The notes under the pieces were generated by a model. The model saw only the letters and a list, made by a program, of their open reading frames with translations. It was not told the DNA's origin and did no database searches. The position numbers and the translations under genes are program-made. Shown here in pieces: positions 8,845 to 18,638 of a stretch of 64,000 nucleotides of DNA (positions are counted from its first letter, which is position 1; every line of letters begins with the position of its first letter). The stretch is from positions 1-64,000 of the IMG/VR virus record IMGVR_UViG_3300010371_000028. One strand, 5' to 3'. The stretch is from a virus.

Positions 8845-9470
8845 TACGCCGGCCCCCCGATCTCGGCGTCGTGCCCGTCGGCGGGGTGCTCGACGTGGGA
8901 CCAGCGGGAGTCGAGGACGTCGTCTTCGACGCCGTTCCAGCGGGTGTACTCCCAGTAGTGGATCTCTCCGCCGCAGATCGCGCAGGTACCGCGGTCGCCG
9001 TCGCGCGGCTTCGGGTCGGCGTCGGTCTCGTAGCCGTCCTCGTCGTCGCCGAGCACCACCGCCTCGCCGAGGAACTCCCGTGCCGCAGCGATCGCTGTCG
9101 TCTCGATCGCGGTCGGCTGGCTGACGTGGGCAAGTGCCCCGTCTTCCCAGTGCTTGAGGCTGATGGCGGCGAGGTCGGCGACCGCGTCCCACTGGTCGGC
9201 GATCAGCAGCATCACGCCGGGGTGGACGGCGGCGATGTAGATGGCGTCGGGGTAGGCCTGCCGGTCGATCTCGTTCGGGTCGTTGCTGAAGCTGGGCGCC
9301 CACGCGACCGGTCTCGTGTCGTTGCCGTCACCGGCGAGCACGGTCGCGGTGTAGCCGCCGTCGTGGACGTAGGTGTCGTGGGTGCGCCACGGGCTGGGCG
9401 TGGCCGCGTTGGCGAGCCCGCGCATCTTCTCGGCGGCGCGGCGCAGGGTCTCGGCGGGCGACTCAGACAC
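8844..9470 (-). CDS. Hypothetical phage protein (Ead/Ea22-like N-terminus)
   Basis: ANAATPSPW...DAIYIAAVHPGVMLLIAD; C-terminal CAICG. Confidence 0.7.
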   Translation of the reverse strand: MSESPAETLRRAAEKMRGLANAATPSPWRTHDTYVHDGGYTATVLAGDGNDTRPVAWAPSFSNDPNEIDRQAYPDAIYIAAVHPGVMLLIADQWDAVADLAAISLKHWEDGALAHVSQPTAIETTAIAAAREFLGEAVVLGDDEDGYETDADPKPRDGDRGTCAICGGEIHYWEYTRWNGVEDDVLDSRWSHVEHPADGHDAEIGGPA

Positions 9471-9744
9471 CGGACACCGCCTCGGCGTCGGTCTCGGCCC
9501 GCACTCCGTACTTGGCGAGTTCCACGGTGTGGTCGGCGCACAGTTCCCGCTGCTGGTCGAACTCGCCTCGCAGGGTGTTGTACGCGTCGGTCTTGTCCTC
9601 GAGGTCCCGGGCGAGCGTGTCCACGTAGCCGAGCAGTTCCTCGCGGTGGGTACGGGCGTGGTCGCAGGCGATCTCGCCGCGCTGCTCGCGGAGCATGTGC
9701 GCGCGGATCTCCTCGATCCGCTCGGCGACGGGACCGGTCCTCAT
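9463..9744 (-). CDS. Hypothetical coiled-coil protein
   Basis: Good codon usage; coupled to neighbours. Confidence 0.6.
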   Translation of the reverse strand: MRTGPVAERIEEIRAHMLREQRGEIACDHARTHREELLGYVDTLARDLEDKTDAYNTLRGEFDQQRELCADHTVELAKYGVRAETDAEAVSGV

Positions 9745-10406
9745 CGGGACGCCTCCGGCGGTGCCACCTGAGCGACGGCCTCGCGCAGCCGCTCGATCGA
9801 CACGCCGCGCTCCCAGCCGATGCGCGACAGGGCGAGGAACTCCGGCTGGTCCTGATGGCGCAGCGGCTCGCCGACTTCGACGAGTTCGGCGATACCGTCA
9901 GCGACGTGCCACTGGTCCGCGATCTCGCCTTCGCCCTCGTCGTCGACCACCTGTGCGTCGAGCCGCAGGTACGGGAACGCTGCGGCGATCGCCTGCCACT
10001 CCTTGGTGACCTCTTCGGTCGAGGGCCACTTGCCGATGTTGTAGTTCGAGCAACCGATCGTCCCGTCCCAGTCGCACCAGCCCTTCGGGCCGCCGATCCA
10101 CGACGAGGAGATCCGAGACGTGGCCAGGTACTCCAGCGGGAGGATGCCGAGTTCGGCGCAGCGCTTGTCCACGGCAGCCCAGCGCTCCTTGACCCACGCC
10201 ATGCGGGCGTCGCCTTCGAGTTCGCGCGGCGGGAAGTCGTCGCCCTCGGGCAGGCCCATCGCGCGGGCAACGACCTCGTTCCAGGCGCGCTCGTTGACGG
10301 TGAGGTAGCTTGCTACGCAGGTGCGGATTAGGATCTCGTTGGCCTGCTGCTCGGTGACGGGCTCGCCCACGACAATCAAGCGCGGCCACTTCGTGTGGAT
10401 GGTCAT
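9741..10406 (-). CDS. Hypothetical phage protein
   Basis: 221-aa globular-looking ORF (SSSWIGGPKGWCDWDG), coupled stop/start. Confidence 0.75.
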   Translation of the reverse strand: MTIHTKWPRLIVVGEPVTEQQANEILIRTCVASYLTVNERAWNEVVARAMGLPEGDDFPPRELEGDARMAWVKERWAAVDKRCAELGILPLEYLATSRISSSWIGGPKGWCDWDGTIGCSNYNIGKWPSTEEVTKEWQAIAAAFPYLRLDAQVVDDEGEGEIADQWHVADGIAELVEVGEPLRHQDQPEFLALSRIGWERGVSIERLREAVAQVAPPEASR

Positions 10407-10576
10407 CGGGTCCTCCCGGCGAGGTAGTCGGTTGCGTGGCCGGCGGCCGTGAGCCCGGCGGAAGCAACAGCGACCGCCGCCTCGTCCGACATGGCCACGA
10501 CCAACTGCTGCGGGAGGCGGAAGCGCTGTACCAGCAAGAGGCGGGCGCCCAGCACGGCGAGAGACTCCGGCGTCAT
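10403..10576 (-). CDS. Hypothetical protein
   Basis: ATGA overlaps at both ends. Confidence 0.45.
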   Translation of the reverse strand: MTPESLAVLGARLLLVQRFRLPQQLVVAMSDEAAVAVASAGLTAAGHATDYLAGRTR

Positions 10577-11097
10577 CGGGCCACCGCCGATGCGGTGTTG
10601 AGGTCGAACGGGACGCCGTAATGCAGCACCGTCACCGGGCTGGACGACAGGCCCTCGGCGACGTGCTGCCGGCCCCACCGGGCCATGTCCGCGACGAACT
10701 TGCGGATCGTCTCCTCGGTGAACAGCGGGTCGCCCTCGTTGCGCCGGTCGAAGGAGTCGTCCATGCCGTGGACGAACGCGACCCACTCCGTGCCAGACCA
10801 CGTCTCCAGGGCCCAGGCCAGTTCTTCGGCATTGAACGCGGGCGCGGCCTCGATGCCCTCGGGCGCGGCCAGCGGGCGGCCGTAGTGGAACACGGTCGCG
10901 TACTGCCAACTGAGGGGATTGCGCGCCTCGTTGACCCGGCGCGCGAGCCGATCCGCCTCGTACAGAGTGAACGGCCGGTTCTCGTCGTCCGCGACGATCG
11001 TCATGTCCGGGCCGAGGACGTGCACGAGGAACTCGGTGTCGGCGTAGTCCGCACGGAACCGGGCCAGGTCGGCGGGGGTATAGGTCGGCTTGGTCAT
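10573..11097 (-). CDS. Hypothetical protein with internal duplication
   Basis: Two similar halves: EFLVHVLGPD...TVFHYGRP and EWVAFVHGMD...TVLHYGVP. Confidence 0.7.
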   Translation of the reverse strand: MTKPTYTPADLARFRADYADTEFLVHVLGPDMTIVADDENRPFTLYEADRLARRVNEARNPLSWQYATVFHYGRPLAAPEGIEAAPAFNAEELAWALETWSGTEWVAFVHGMDDSFDRRNEGDPLFTEETIRKFVADMARWGRQHVAEGLSSSPVTVLHYGVPFDLNTASAVAR

Positions 11098-11315
11098 CGC
11101 CGTCCCCGCTTCATCCCAGCGCCGACGAGCGCGACCAGGACGACGACGATCGCGCCAGCCAGGAACAGCGCGGTACCGCCCCACAGCGGGAGCGTCACGA
11201 GCCACCAGGACCAGTGGATGACGTGGCCGAGCTTCAGGCCGATGAACAGGAGGCCGAGCGCCCCCAGGAAACTGATGCCGCCGGAGCGGGTCGAATTCTG
11301 TGAGTTGTTGGACAT
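11094..11315 (-). CDS. Two-helix membrane protein
   Basis: GGISFLGALGLLFIGLKLGHVIHWSWWLVTLPLW, a common phage membrane-protein pattern. Confidence 0.75.
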   Translation of the reverse strand: MSNNSQNSTRSGGISFLGALGLLFIGLKLGHVIHWSWWLVTLPLWGGTALFLAGAIVVVLVALVGAGMKRGRR

Positions 11316-11317
11316 GA

Positions 11318-11731
11318 TCAGGCCTCTCGGAGGAATGAAGGCTGGTCTGATTTGCGCCTGTAGACCGGCGGCGCGCCGGGGCGCAGATACCAGGCGTTCA
11401 ACAGGTAGTGCGCGGCGTTGTGGGCGAATTCGAGCGGCCATGGCCACAAGCGCGGGTCGTCAAGGCGCCTGTTGCAGCGCGTGCAGAGCAGGCCCCGGAC
11501 GGCGTTGAATCCGACGTAGACGTCGTGGTCGAAGTACAGCCCGAAGGGTGCATCAACGTCAGTGACGCCGCAGATCTCACAGCACGCCTGCGCGCGATTC
11601 CATAGCGCGTCAGCCTCGGCGCAAGTCATGCCATATGTCTCAGCGTGATGACACTTCGGTCGGCGCGACCTCGGCTTCACCGTTCCATGCGGGGCTTCGA
11701 AGACCCAAGAGGTTTCACTGGGTTCGTCCAT
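11318..11731 (-). CDS. Endonuclease VII-family protein
   Basis: YGMT......Q..CCEICG...FDHD...VRGLLCTRCNRRL. Confidence 0.85.
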   Translation of the reverse strand: MDEPSETSWVFEAPHGTVKPRSRRPKCHHAETYGMTCAEADALWNRAQACCEICGVTDVDAPFGLYFDHDVYVGFNAVRGLLCTRCNRRLDDPRLWPWPLEFAHNAAHYLLNAWYLRPGAPPVYRRKSDQPSFLREA

Positions 11732-11828
11732 GGAACCATCGTACTGCAAATCTTGATAACCTTGACAGTCTTGCCGTGGAAACCTTGACGAGTTAGCATG
11801 CTGGTGAAGTCTGGCTAGAATCCCCCCG
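11731..11828. promoter_or_regulatory. Divergent promoter region with CTTG direct repeats
   Basis: AT-rich. TAGAAT (11816-11821) is 6 nt before GTG 11828; on the minus strand TACGAT is 6 nt before ATG 11731. AACCTTGAC occurs at 11758 and 11781. Confidence 0.65.
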
Positions 11829-12067
11829 TGACCAAGGAACCCAAGGTGACCACTGAGACCATCAAGGCGGCCGACGTGTACAAGCGCCTTGGCCCAATCA
11901 GCCGCGCCGCATCGGCCGCCCGCCACGAACTGGGCGAACTGCCGATCGTCTACCTGGAGAGTCGCAACGCGAAGACGCTCGGCCTCGTGCCGCCGTGGGC
12001 CGCTGCCTGGCTGGAACGGCATGCCGCCGAGGTCATGGCGTCGCTTGAGGCCGAGCAGAAGTCCTGA
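11828..12067 (+). CDS. Small antisense-oriented protein, possible regulator or antitoxin
   Basis: Only plus-strand ORF with its own -10 box and terminator in the early operon; 79 aa. Confidence 0.65.
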   Translation: MTKEPKVTTETIKAADVYKRLGPISRAASAARHELGELPIVYLESRNAKTLGLVPPWAAAWLERHAAEVMASLEAEQKS

Positions 12068-12079
12068 CCGCCCCACCTG

Positions 12080-12114
12080 ACCGCCCGCAGCCTCCACCAC
12101 GGCCTGCGGGCGGT
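12080..12114 (+). terminator. Hairpin after the small plus-strand gene
   Basis: accgcccgcag / ctgcgggcggt 11-bp inverted repeat between convergent genes. Confidence 0.65.
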
Positions 12115-12188
12115 TTCGCCGCGCCCGAACGACGGCCGGGCGTGCGCAGGGCGGGGCGGGTTGGGCGGCGGGGGAGGGCGCGACGACT

Positions 12189-13109
12189 TCAGCGGACCCA
12201 GGCATGAACCTTCTCCCCTCCGAGCAGAGGGGCGCCCTCGGGTCCCTTCACATGCGGGGCGATCCAGACCGGCCGGTGGACTTCACGGCTCGGGTACCAC
12301 TGCTGGCGCCAGTGGCCGCGCACGATCCACTGGTGGTGGTACTCGCGATCGCTCGCGCCGGACCCGCTGCCGGACGGCCGCCGCAACGTGATGACCCTCA
12401 CCGGCTTCGGCTCCACGCCCATGCGGCGTAACCGCTTGCGCGCAGCCGGGTACGTCATCACATCTTCGTTACGCGCGATTGGTTGCTGCATCAGCAGCCA
12501 GACCGTTTGAATCAGGCTGAGCAGGCCCGGGGGGCCGTCGAGAATGGCGCCGGTGGAGCCGTCCATCATCGGAATCTCGTCGTCGCTGAACGGAACCAGG
12601 AACTCGTGGTCATAGATGAACCGGGTCGGCCACGCGCCCATCGGGTCTTCCATGGCCCGGCGGTCGGTGTACCAACTGATCCACGCCCCGCCTTTGGCGC
12701 GCGGCGACGGGCTCCAGTGAGACCAGGAAGCGGCGATGATTGATGCGACGACCTCGACGGCAGGCGCGCCGAGGAAAACGTCATCGGCGAGGGCTTGTCG
12801 CACGACCGCCACAGGCTTCTCGAACACGAGGAAGCCAGACGGCGACGGCAGGTCTTCCGGGGCGAAGGTGAACTTGGGCAGGCTGTTTGCGGCACTCTTT
12901 GCCAGGGACGCCATGTCGTCGCTGACGAAGTAGAGATCGCCGGAAAGTCGCTGGGCTTCCTTGTCGCAGAGGCTCCTCGCAGATTCCGGCCGTACGGGGA
13001 ACATGCCCAGGTCCATGAGCGCCTGGAAGGCGACAACGCCGGGCCCGTTCATGTAGCTGACCAACTCGGCTCGGAGTTCGGGCACGTCTACGGCTCGGAC
13101 TTCGCTCAC
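12189..13109 (-). CDS. Hypothetical phage protein
   Basis: 306 aa; C-terminal HQWIVRGHWRQQWYPS...WIAPHVKG motif typical of a phage family. Confidence 0.8.
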   Translation of the reverse strand: MSEVRAVDVPELRAELVSYMNGPGVVAFQALMDLGMFPVRPESARSLCDKEAQRLSGDLYFVSDDMASLAKSAANSLPKFTFAPEDLPSPSGFLVFEKPVAVVRQALADDVFLGAPAVEVVASIIAASWSHWSPSPRAKGGAWISWYTDRRAMEDPMGAWPTRFIYDHEFLVPFSDDEIPMMDGSTGAILDGPPGLLSLIQTVWLLMQQPIARNEDVMTYPAARKRLRRMGVEPKPVRVITLRRPSGSGSGASDREYHHQWIVRGHWRQQWYPSREVHRPVWIAPHVKGPEGAPLLGGEKVHAWVR

Positions 13110-13309
13110 GCGGCCGCCTCCTCGATGTCGAGTTCTTCCTGGCCCGGCATGTCCTTCACCCAGGTGCGCCGTCCGTGTCCGAGCGTCTTGGCTGGCGCAA
13201 TGCCGAGTGCCGCCCGGTGCTCACGCCAGCAGTGCGAGCCCCGCTCGCGGGCCTGCGATTCGGGGTCTGAGATCGGGCGGTGGCAATCCCGGCAGGTCGT
13301 GGTGGTCAC
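13106..13309 (-). CDS. DUF6011-like zinc-binding protein
   Basis: CRDCHRPISDPESQARERGSHCW. Confidence 0.7.
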   Translation of the reverse strand: MTTTTCRDCHRPISDPESQARERGSHCWREHRAALGIAPAKTLGHGRRTWVKDMPGQEELDIEEAAA

Positions 13310-13719
13310 AGGACACCCCCGGCCACGGTCACGTCCTGGATCTCCCGGGCGGGCGTTGCGGGCGCCGGCTCGCGCAGCCCCGGGCTGGCCACCACCTCAG
13401 CCTCGGCGGCCTTGCACGCCGCGTGATCGACGCACCAGTGCCGGCCAGCGAACGTCACGCCACCCGGCTGGTAGGCGGCGCACGCGAGCCCTTCGGCGAG
13501 CTGGTTGAACACGGCAGCCGCAGCGCCCTTCTTGCCGCCGAACATGAGCGTGTCGCCGTGCGAGGCGACCTCCTGCGCGCACCGTTTTGCTATCGCCATG
13601 CGCTGACTGGGTGTCCGGTCGCGCAACTCCCAGATCCACAGGGGGACCGCGAGCGCGAGCGTCTCGACGAGCGTCGTGTTGCGCGGATCCTCGGCGATCC
13701 GCAGCACCGTGTCGTTCAT
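13306..13719 (-). CDS. Hypothetical protein
   Basis: 137-aa coupled ORF with good codon usage. Confidence 0.7.
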   Translation of the reverse strand: MNDTVLRIAEDPRNTTLVETLALAVPLWIWELRDRTPSQRMAIAKRCAQEVASHGDTLMFGGKKGAAAAVFNQLAEGLACAAYQPGGVTFAGRHWCVDHAACKAAEAEVVASPGLREPAPATPAREIQDVTVAGGVL

Positions 13720-14483
13720 GGCGCACCGCCAGCAGCGGCGGCAGCGCGCTCAGCACGCTTGCGGGCGGCATACTCCGCGCGCTCCTGGGCGTCCTGCTCA
13801 TCGACGGGCTCGCGGCGCACCGCACGCCGGTCCTGACGTCGCTTCGGCGCCGTCTCGCCCTCGAACCACAAGGCGTTGAACGATCCGCGCGCCCGGCCGA
13901 TCAGCGACCGGAACGTCTGCGGTTCGATCCCCAGGAACCGCGCCGCCTCCACGTAGTCCTCGCGGGCAGCGAGCGCGCCGAACGCCTCACGCTGCCGTTT
14001 CGTGAGCGCCGCCATGACCTGCTCGACGGCGATCCGCTCGACGACCGCGGCTTCCGGCGACGCGGTGACGTGGTTGAACCAGGACCAGTAGCGGGTGAAG
14101 TTCGCGCCGTTGTTCGTGCCGTCCGTGCGGGCCCCGTGCATCTGGAGGTGGCCGCGCACCTCGGTGGCGAGCGCACGGCGCCCTGCCTCCATCAACTCGT
14201 TCCGGGTCGGCACGTCCTCGGTCGAGTAGAGGTGCTCGACGATGCCGTGCCACGCGGTGTCGTGCTGGTCACTGCGGTCTCCGGCGGGCCACCAGTGCAT
14301 GTTGTTGATCACTACTCGTTTGGCGAGGTCGTTGAGGCCGGCGAGGGTGTAGCCGTGGCGGATGCCGGTGTCGTTTTCGCGCGGTGGTTCGGGCGCGGCT
14401 GCGACCTCAACAACGGCCGCGGCAGGGTGGCTGACAGTCCACTGCCGGACCTGCGCTTTGGAGTACGGGGTGTGCTTCACCAC
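13716..14483 (-). CDS. Sigma-factor-like / region-4 HTH protein
   Basis: C-terminal [41 protein letters not shown] resembles sigma-70 region 4. Confidence 0.6.
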   Translation of the reverse strand: MVKHTPYSKAQVRQWTVSHPAAAVVEVAAAPEPPRENDTGIRHGYTLAGLNDLAKRVVINNMHWWPAGDRSDQHDTAWHGIVEHLYSTEDVPTRNELMEAGRRALATEVRGHLQMHGARTDGTNNGANFTRYWSWFNHVTASPEAAVVERIAVEQVMAALTKRQREAFGALAAREDYVEAARFLGIEPQTFRSLIGRARGSFNALWFEGETAPKRRQDRRAVRREPVDEQDAQERAEYAARKRAERAAAAAGGAP

Positions 14484-14800
14484 GCCCCCTTGGGCCGGCG
14501 CGCGGACAGCCGCATGGCCTTCGCTGCGGACTGGGGGACCCCGCCGAAGGACACCATGTGCTCGGCGAGGCTTTCGGCGTCATCCTTCGGCCCGCACATG
14601 ACGTGCCACTCGCCGCCCGACGGCGTCAGGCTCAAGCACGTCATGCGGGGTGTCGCCTCGAAGCGGGCGGTGAACGCCATCCACCAGTCGGCACCTAGGC
14701 CGGTGGCGAAGATCCGTACTTCGTTGACGTAGACACCCCAGTCGGTGGCGGCAGGCTTGGGCGGCTTCGGATGGAACAGCTCGAGTTGGACTGCGATCAC
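14477..14800 (-). CDS. Hypothetical protein
   Basis: GTG start overlapping the upstream TGA. Confidence 0.65.
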   Translation of the reverse strand: MIAVQLELFHPKPPKPAATDWGVYVNEVRIFATGLGADWWMAFTARFEATPRMTCLSLTPSGGEWHVMCGPKDDAESLAEHMVSFGGVPQSAAKAMRLSARRPKGAW

Positions 14801-15285
14801 AGCGCACCCGCCCATGCGCCGGCCAGTCGGACGGTTTCGCGTCCCCGGAACGCGACGTCACGCGGCGCGTACACGCTGGCCCAGGCGGTCGTGAGCGGCG
14901 GGACCGGCTCGGCCGGGGCCGGGTTCGCGCGACGGATCAGGCTGGCCGCATGGCACCAGTCCGGTTCGCCCAACTGCGGCAGCGGGCACGTACACGCGAG
15001 CGGATGCCCGGTCAGGTCGCCGATGTGCGCGAGGATCCACGTGCGCCGCTCGGCCAGGTCGTCCACGTTGACGAGCAGCCCGTCGAGCCACAGGTCGAAC
15101 AGGCCCGTGCAGTACTCACGCGCCTGGGCGTCGGTGAGTGTCGGGTCGTCCGCGATCGCCTCGGTGACCGTGAACGGGTTGCCGAACCGGGTCGGGCGGC
15201 GCACGACGATCGCACCGGGCGCGTGCTGCTGGAGGCGGAAGCCCTTCGCGCGGGAAAGCCGGACGCGGGCGGGGATCTCAGGCAT
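14797..15285 (-). CDS. DUF4326-family protein
   Basis: VRRPTRFGNPF...LTGHPLACTCP...CHAASL. Confidence 0.8.
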   Translation of the reverse strand: MPEIPARVRLSRAKGFRLQQHAPGAIVVRRPTRFGNPFTVTEAIADDPTLTDAQAREYCTGLFDLWLDGLLVNVDDLAERRTWILAHIGDLTGHPLACTCPLPQLGEPDWCHAASLIRRANPAPAEPVPPLTTAWASVYAPRDVAFRGRETVRLAGAWAGAL

Positions 15286-15550
15286 TGCCGACCTCCGCGA
15301 ACGTCGCGGTGAAGTCGGCGTCGTCCATCACACTGACCGAGCCGCCGGGGCCCAGAACCGCCCAGTTGCCCGGCTCGATCGGCGTCCATGACGAATGCTT
15401 CGTCGTCAGGACCTCGACGTCGTCGGCGTCATGCATGTCGAAGTGGTTGCCGAGGAGAGCGGTCATCTCCTGCGGGTTCGACCCGGTCCACTGGACCGCG
15501 GCGACCTCGAGAGGCAGGCGCGTGAAGCGGCGGGCGGTCGTCTCGGGCAT
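15278..15550 (-). CDS. Hypothetical phage protein
   Basis: RLPLEVAAVQWTGSN...GNWAV...F.ATF pattern common in phages. Confidence 0.75.
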   Translation of the reverse strand: MPETTARRFTRLPLEVAAVQWTGSNPQEMTALLGNHFDMHDADDVEVLTTKHSSWTPIEPGNWAVLGPGGSVSVMDDADFTATFAEVGNA

Positions 15551-15553
15551 CGG

Positions 15554-16189
15554 CTACTCGCCTGCCTCGAACTGCTCAGCAATCGCCAGGAACGCCGCGT
15601 GCTCCGCCTCGGCCTCGGGCAGGTACTCGTTCGCGGACTCGACGCTCCGGCCCTCGCGCAGACACTTGCGCCAGGTCTCGATGCTCGACTCGGCCGAACG
15701 CGCATGCTCCCGAGCCGCCTCGGCCACGGCCGCGGGGGTCGCCCACGTCTCGTCCGTGACGACCGGGGCCCCGGTCCGCTGGCACGAGCCCACGTAGCCG
15801 ACCACGCTGGTCAGGCGCATGAACGCGCGCCTATCGTAAAACGCTGCCTTATAGAAGATGGCTACGCGCTCACGGCCGTGCTCGTCGTTGATGTACGACC
15901 ACATGTCGTGATCGCTGCCGTGCTTGGTCCACCCCGCCGGGAGCGTTGCGGGCCGGAACAGGGCGTCGCCGTTGACGGCCTCGGAGAAGGTGAAGCCGAC
16001 AGCCTCGAACTCGGCGTCGGTGCCGTTCGTGTCTGTGGGCAGGAGGCTGGATGCGACGAGCTGCCGCTGACCGGCGGCCTCCATGTCGCCGATGATGGAG
16101 TCGGTGGACTTGCCCGCCATCGCTTCGGCGAGGATCAGGTAGGAGCCGCCGTTCTTGACGAACTCGGTGGTGTTCTGGATCTCAGCCAT
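15554..16189 (-). CDS. Hypothetical phage protein
   Basis: ATG MAEIQNTTEF; MEAAGQRQLVASS...GWTKHGSDHDMWSYINDEHGRERVAIFYKAAFYDRRA. Confidence 0.75.
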   Translation of the reverse strand: MAEIQNTTEFVKNGGSYLILAEAMAGKSTDSIIGDMEAAGQRQLVASSLLPTDTNGTDAEFEAVGFTFSEAVNGDALFRPATLPAGWTKHGSDHDMWSYINDEHGRERVAIFYKAAFYDRRAFMRLTSVVGYVGSCQRTGAPVVTDETWATPAAVAEAAREHARSAESSIETWRKCLREGRSVESANEYLPEAEAEHAAFLAIAEQFEAGE

Positions 16190-16218
16190 GAGGGTTCCTG
16201 TTCGTGGTCGGATTCGGG

Positions 16219-16530
16219 TTACTGGTGTCGTCCGCGGCGACCACGCCGGCGTACCGGCGCGGACTCGGGGACGTAGCGGGGCAGTTCGACCGTGGGAGCC
16301 ATAGCGGCCAGCCGCCCCTGCCACGTCTCGTTCGCCTTCCGCAGCTCCCGGTTCTGGTGCTCGAGCTCGCCTATCCGGGCCTCGTACGCGATGCGAAGCC
16401 GCCGCTCCACATCGCGCTCAGCCGCCACGCGCAGAGCCTTCGCCTCGACCGCGCGCAGCCACTCGAGGAACGCTGACTCCTGCTCGGCCGTCATCGCCGG
16501 CGTCGGGGGAGTGTCGAGGATCGCGGTCAT
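16219..16530 (-). CDS. Coiled-coil hypothetical protein
   Basis: ATG coupled to the upstream stop; heptad-like sequence. Confidence 0.6.
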   Translation of the reverse strand: MTAILDTPPTPAMTAEQESAFLEWLRAVEAKALRVAAERDVERRLRIAYEARIGELEHQNRELRKANETWQGRLAAMAPTVELPRYVPESAPVRRRGRRGRHQ

Positions 16531-16976
16531 GCTGCGATCGCCTCCTCGCCCATGACGACAGCCGGGTCGACGAGGTCCGCGAGCACGATGGCGAGCGCGT
16601 ACAACGCCCGGTAATCGAGGCCCTCGAACACCTCGGCGACCGCCGCCCTGTCCCGTGCTCGAACCGCGCCCACCAAGTCCGCAGCGGGCTCGCGCATGCA
16701 CGCCGCGAGGAACTCGGACTCGGCCGCCGGCAGTGCGGCACGCCGACGCCGGATCAGGACTTCGAGATTGTCCTTCGTGATCCCGATCGCCCCGGCGATC
16801 ATGTGCCGGTCGATGCCGTCCACGTCGCACAACGTCACAACGGCGCCCTGTTCGAGCTCACGCAGCGCGGTAGGGGTGCCGAGCAGGGCACGGCGGATCG
16901 CACCCACGTCGATCAGGTGGGCCGCGCGCTCCTGCTCGGTCCGGGCCGGGCGCCTCGTCGCGCCGGTGAGGCTCAC
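16527..16976 (-). CDS. Hypothetical HTH-like protein
   Basis: LRELEQGAVV...RHMIAGAIGITKDNLEVLIRR. Confidence 0.65.
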   Translation of the reverse strand: MSLTGATRRPARTEQERAAHLIDVGAIRRALLGTPTALRELEQGAVVTLCDVDGIDRHMIAGAIGITKDNLEVLIRRRRAALPAAESEFLAACMREPAADLVGAVRARDRAAVAEVFEGLDYRALYALAIVLADLVDPAVVMGEEAIAA

Positions 16977-17515
16977 GACGCACCCCCGAGCGGCGTAACG
17001 CGGATGACGGCGCCGGGCCGGTCGAGCGAACCGGGGCAGCCATAACCCGGGTAGTACTTCGCCACGAGCGTGTACAGCACGACCAGCGCGTCGTCCGACC
17101 AGAGCACGCCAGTCAACGCGTCCTCGGTCGACCTGACCAGCTTCGAAGAGTCCGGATACGCCGCCGGGTACGGGACGCCGTCCACGAACCGCTCCGCCGG
17201 AATCCGAGCGGGCGGCTTGAGCGTGAACACCATCTCCGCCCGAAGCGGGCCGGCCAGCGGGTAGCGCAGACGCTCGGCGGGGAAAAGACGGTAGAGCGCC
17301 GTCGTGGCCGCCTCGGCAACCGCTTCACGCCAGGGCTTCACCTTCTTCGAGGACTCGACGAGGATCGGGGCCCGCCCGCCACTCTTGGTTGCGCGGGTGC
17401 CCTTGAACGACTTACTGCCCTGCGGACCGGGCGTGCCGTAGGCGACGATGGTGATCGTGCCCCCTGCCCGCGGCGCCACGACAGCCGCGGGCAGGGACGT
17501 CTCGATCGCGGTCAC
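16973..17515 (-). CDS. rusA: RusA-family Holliday junction resolvase
   Basis: GTPGPQGSK...KKVKPWREAV...PDSSKLVRSTEDALTGVLWSDDALVV. Confidence 0.85.
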   Translation of the reverse strand: MTAIETSLPAAVVAPRAGGTITIVAYGTPGPQGSKSFKGTRATKSGGRAPILVESSKKVKPWREAVAEAATTALYRLFPAERLRYPLAGPLRAEMVFTLKPPARIPAERFVDGVPYPAAYPDSSKLVRSTEDALTGVLWSDDALVVLYTLVAKYYPGYGCPGSLDRPGAVIRVTPLGGAS

Positions 17516-17841
17516 TGGGCACCGCCCTGGAAGCCGTACAACGGAACGTCGTCAACGTCAGCCGGCAGCCTGTACAGCCCGTCGGCGATCGCGTTCAGCC
17601 ACGTCCCCGCGCAGAGGTCCGGGTCGATGAACAGGCCGTCGTCCTCGCCCGGCACGACATTCGGCGCCGCGTACATCGTGCCGAGAGCCACCAGCAGGGC
17701 ACGGCTGCGGACGACGTACTCCGGGTCCGGCGTCGCGGCCGGGAAGTCGTAGAAGTCCGCCCGTAGCTTCTCGACGACGGCGCGCTCAGCGTCGGTCGCG
17801 TCGGCCAGAACGGGCGTGTCCGGGTTCGTGGTCGTGGCCAT
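17512..17841 (-). CDS. Hypothetical protein
   Basis: 109-aa coupled ORF. Confidence 0.6.
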   Translation of the reverse strand: MATTTNPDTPVLADATDAERAVVEKLRADFYDFPAATPDPEYVVRSRALLVALGTMYAAPNVVPGEDDGLFIDPDLCAGTWLNAIADGLYRLPADVDDVPLYGFQGGAQ

Positions 17842-18273
17842 CTACTCCGCCCCCATCTGGGCATTGATCTGCTCGGTAAGTTCCGGGCTGGGGATCCACA
17901 AGCCGAGGCGGCCTACGGCGGCAATCGGGGAGAACAGCGGCCGGATGTCGGCGAGCTGCCAGTGCCAGACGCCATCGGTCCGCTCGGCCCACGGCGAGAC
18001 GCAGCAGCCGGCCTCGCGCGGGTGGCAGTCGTCGATCCGGGCGACCGCGACGACGGCTCCGCGCACGTTGATCCACGGGAGCGCGGCAAGCCTGACGGCG
18101 CCAGTGGCAGCGGGATGAGCGAAGCCGGACCGGTCGCCAGTAACGCCGGCGTGGATGGCGAGCAGACCGCGGTACTTCGTTGCCCACGTGCGGTTTTCCA
18201 CCGACTTCACGATGGAGGCGATGAAGGCGCTCCAAGGCGGCCGGACGGTCAGGGCGCGGATCTCGGCGGGCAT
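17842..18273 (-). CDS. ASCH-domain protein
   Basis: ALTVRPPWSAFIASIVKSVENRTWATKYRGLLAIHAG. Confidence 0.85.
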   Translation of the reverse strand: MPAEIRALTVRPPWSAFIASIVKSVENRTWATKYRGLLAIHAGVTGDRSGFAHPAATGAVRLAALPWINVRGAVVAVARIDDCHPREAGCCVSPWAERTDGVWHWQLADIRPLFSPIAAVGRLGLWIPSPELTEQINAQMGAE

Positions 18274-18638
18274 CAGGCGCCACCTTCGGTCAGGGCCCGG
18301 GCGTCGCGGTCCCACGCGTCCTCGGCCGGCTCGTCCTCTTCCTCGTCCCGGTCACGCCACAGCGGGCAGCCGACCACGGGCGTCGCCTCGTACTGCATTT
18401 CCTCGCTGCGGGCGCCGCACCAGATGACCGCGGGCGCGCCGGTCTCGGGGTCGCCGTCGTCGCGGCTGAAGCGCAGACAGGTCTTGCAGGACCGGTTGGC
18501 CCGGTCGTACCAGCACCGGGCCATGTGCTCGACGACGAGCTTCTTCGTCGCACGACGGAAACGGCACGACGTGCACTGATAGCGCTTCACCATCACCTCG
18601 ACCGGCATGGTCGCGGGGGTGATCTCGATGTCGGTCAC
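18273..18638 (-). CDS. Cys-rich zinc-binding protein
   Basis: YQCTSC...HMARC...SCKTC...WC...CPLW. Confidence 0.7.
   Translation of the reverse strand: MTDIEITPATMPVEVMVKRYQCTSCRFRRATKKLVVEHMARCWYDRANRSCKTCLRFSRDDGDPETGAPAVIWCGARSEEMQYEATPVVGCPLWRDRDEEEDEPAEDAWDRDARALTEGGA

Noticed and set aside
11828-12067. Firm Phd/YefM antitoxin call
   Set aside because: Only a faint resemblance; insufficient motif support without a search.
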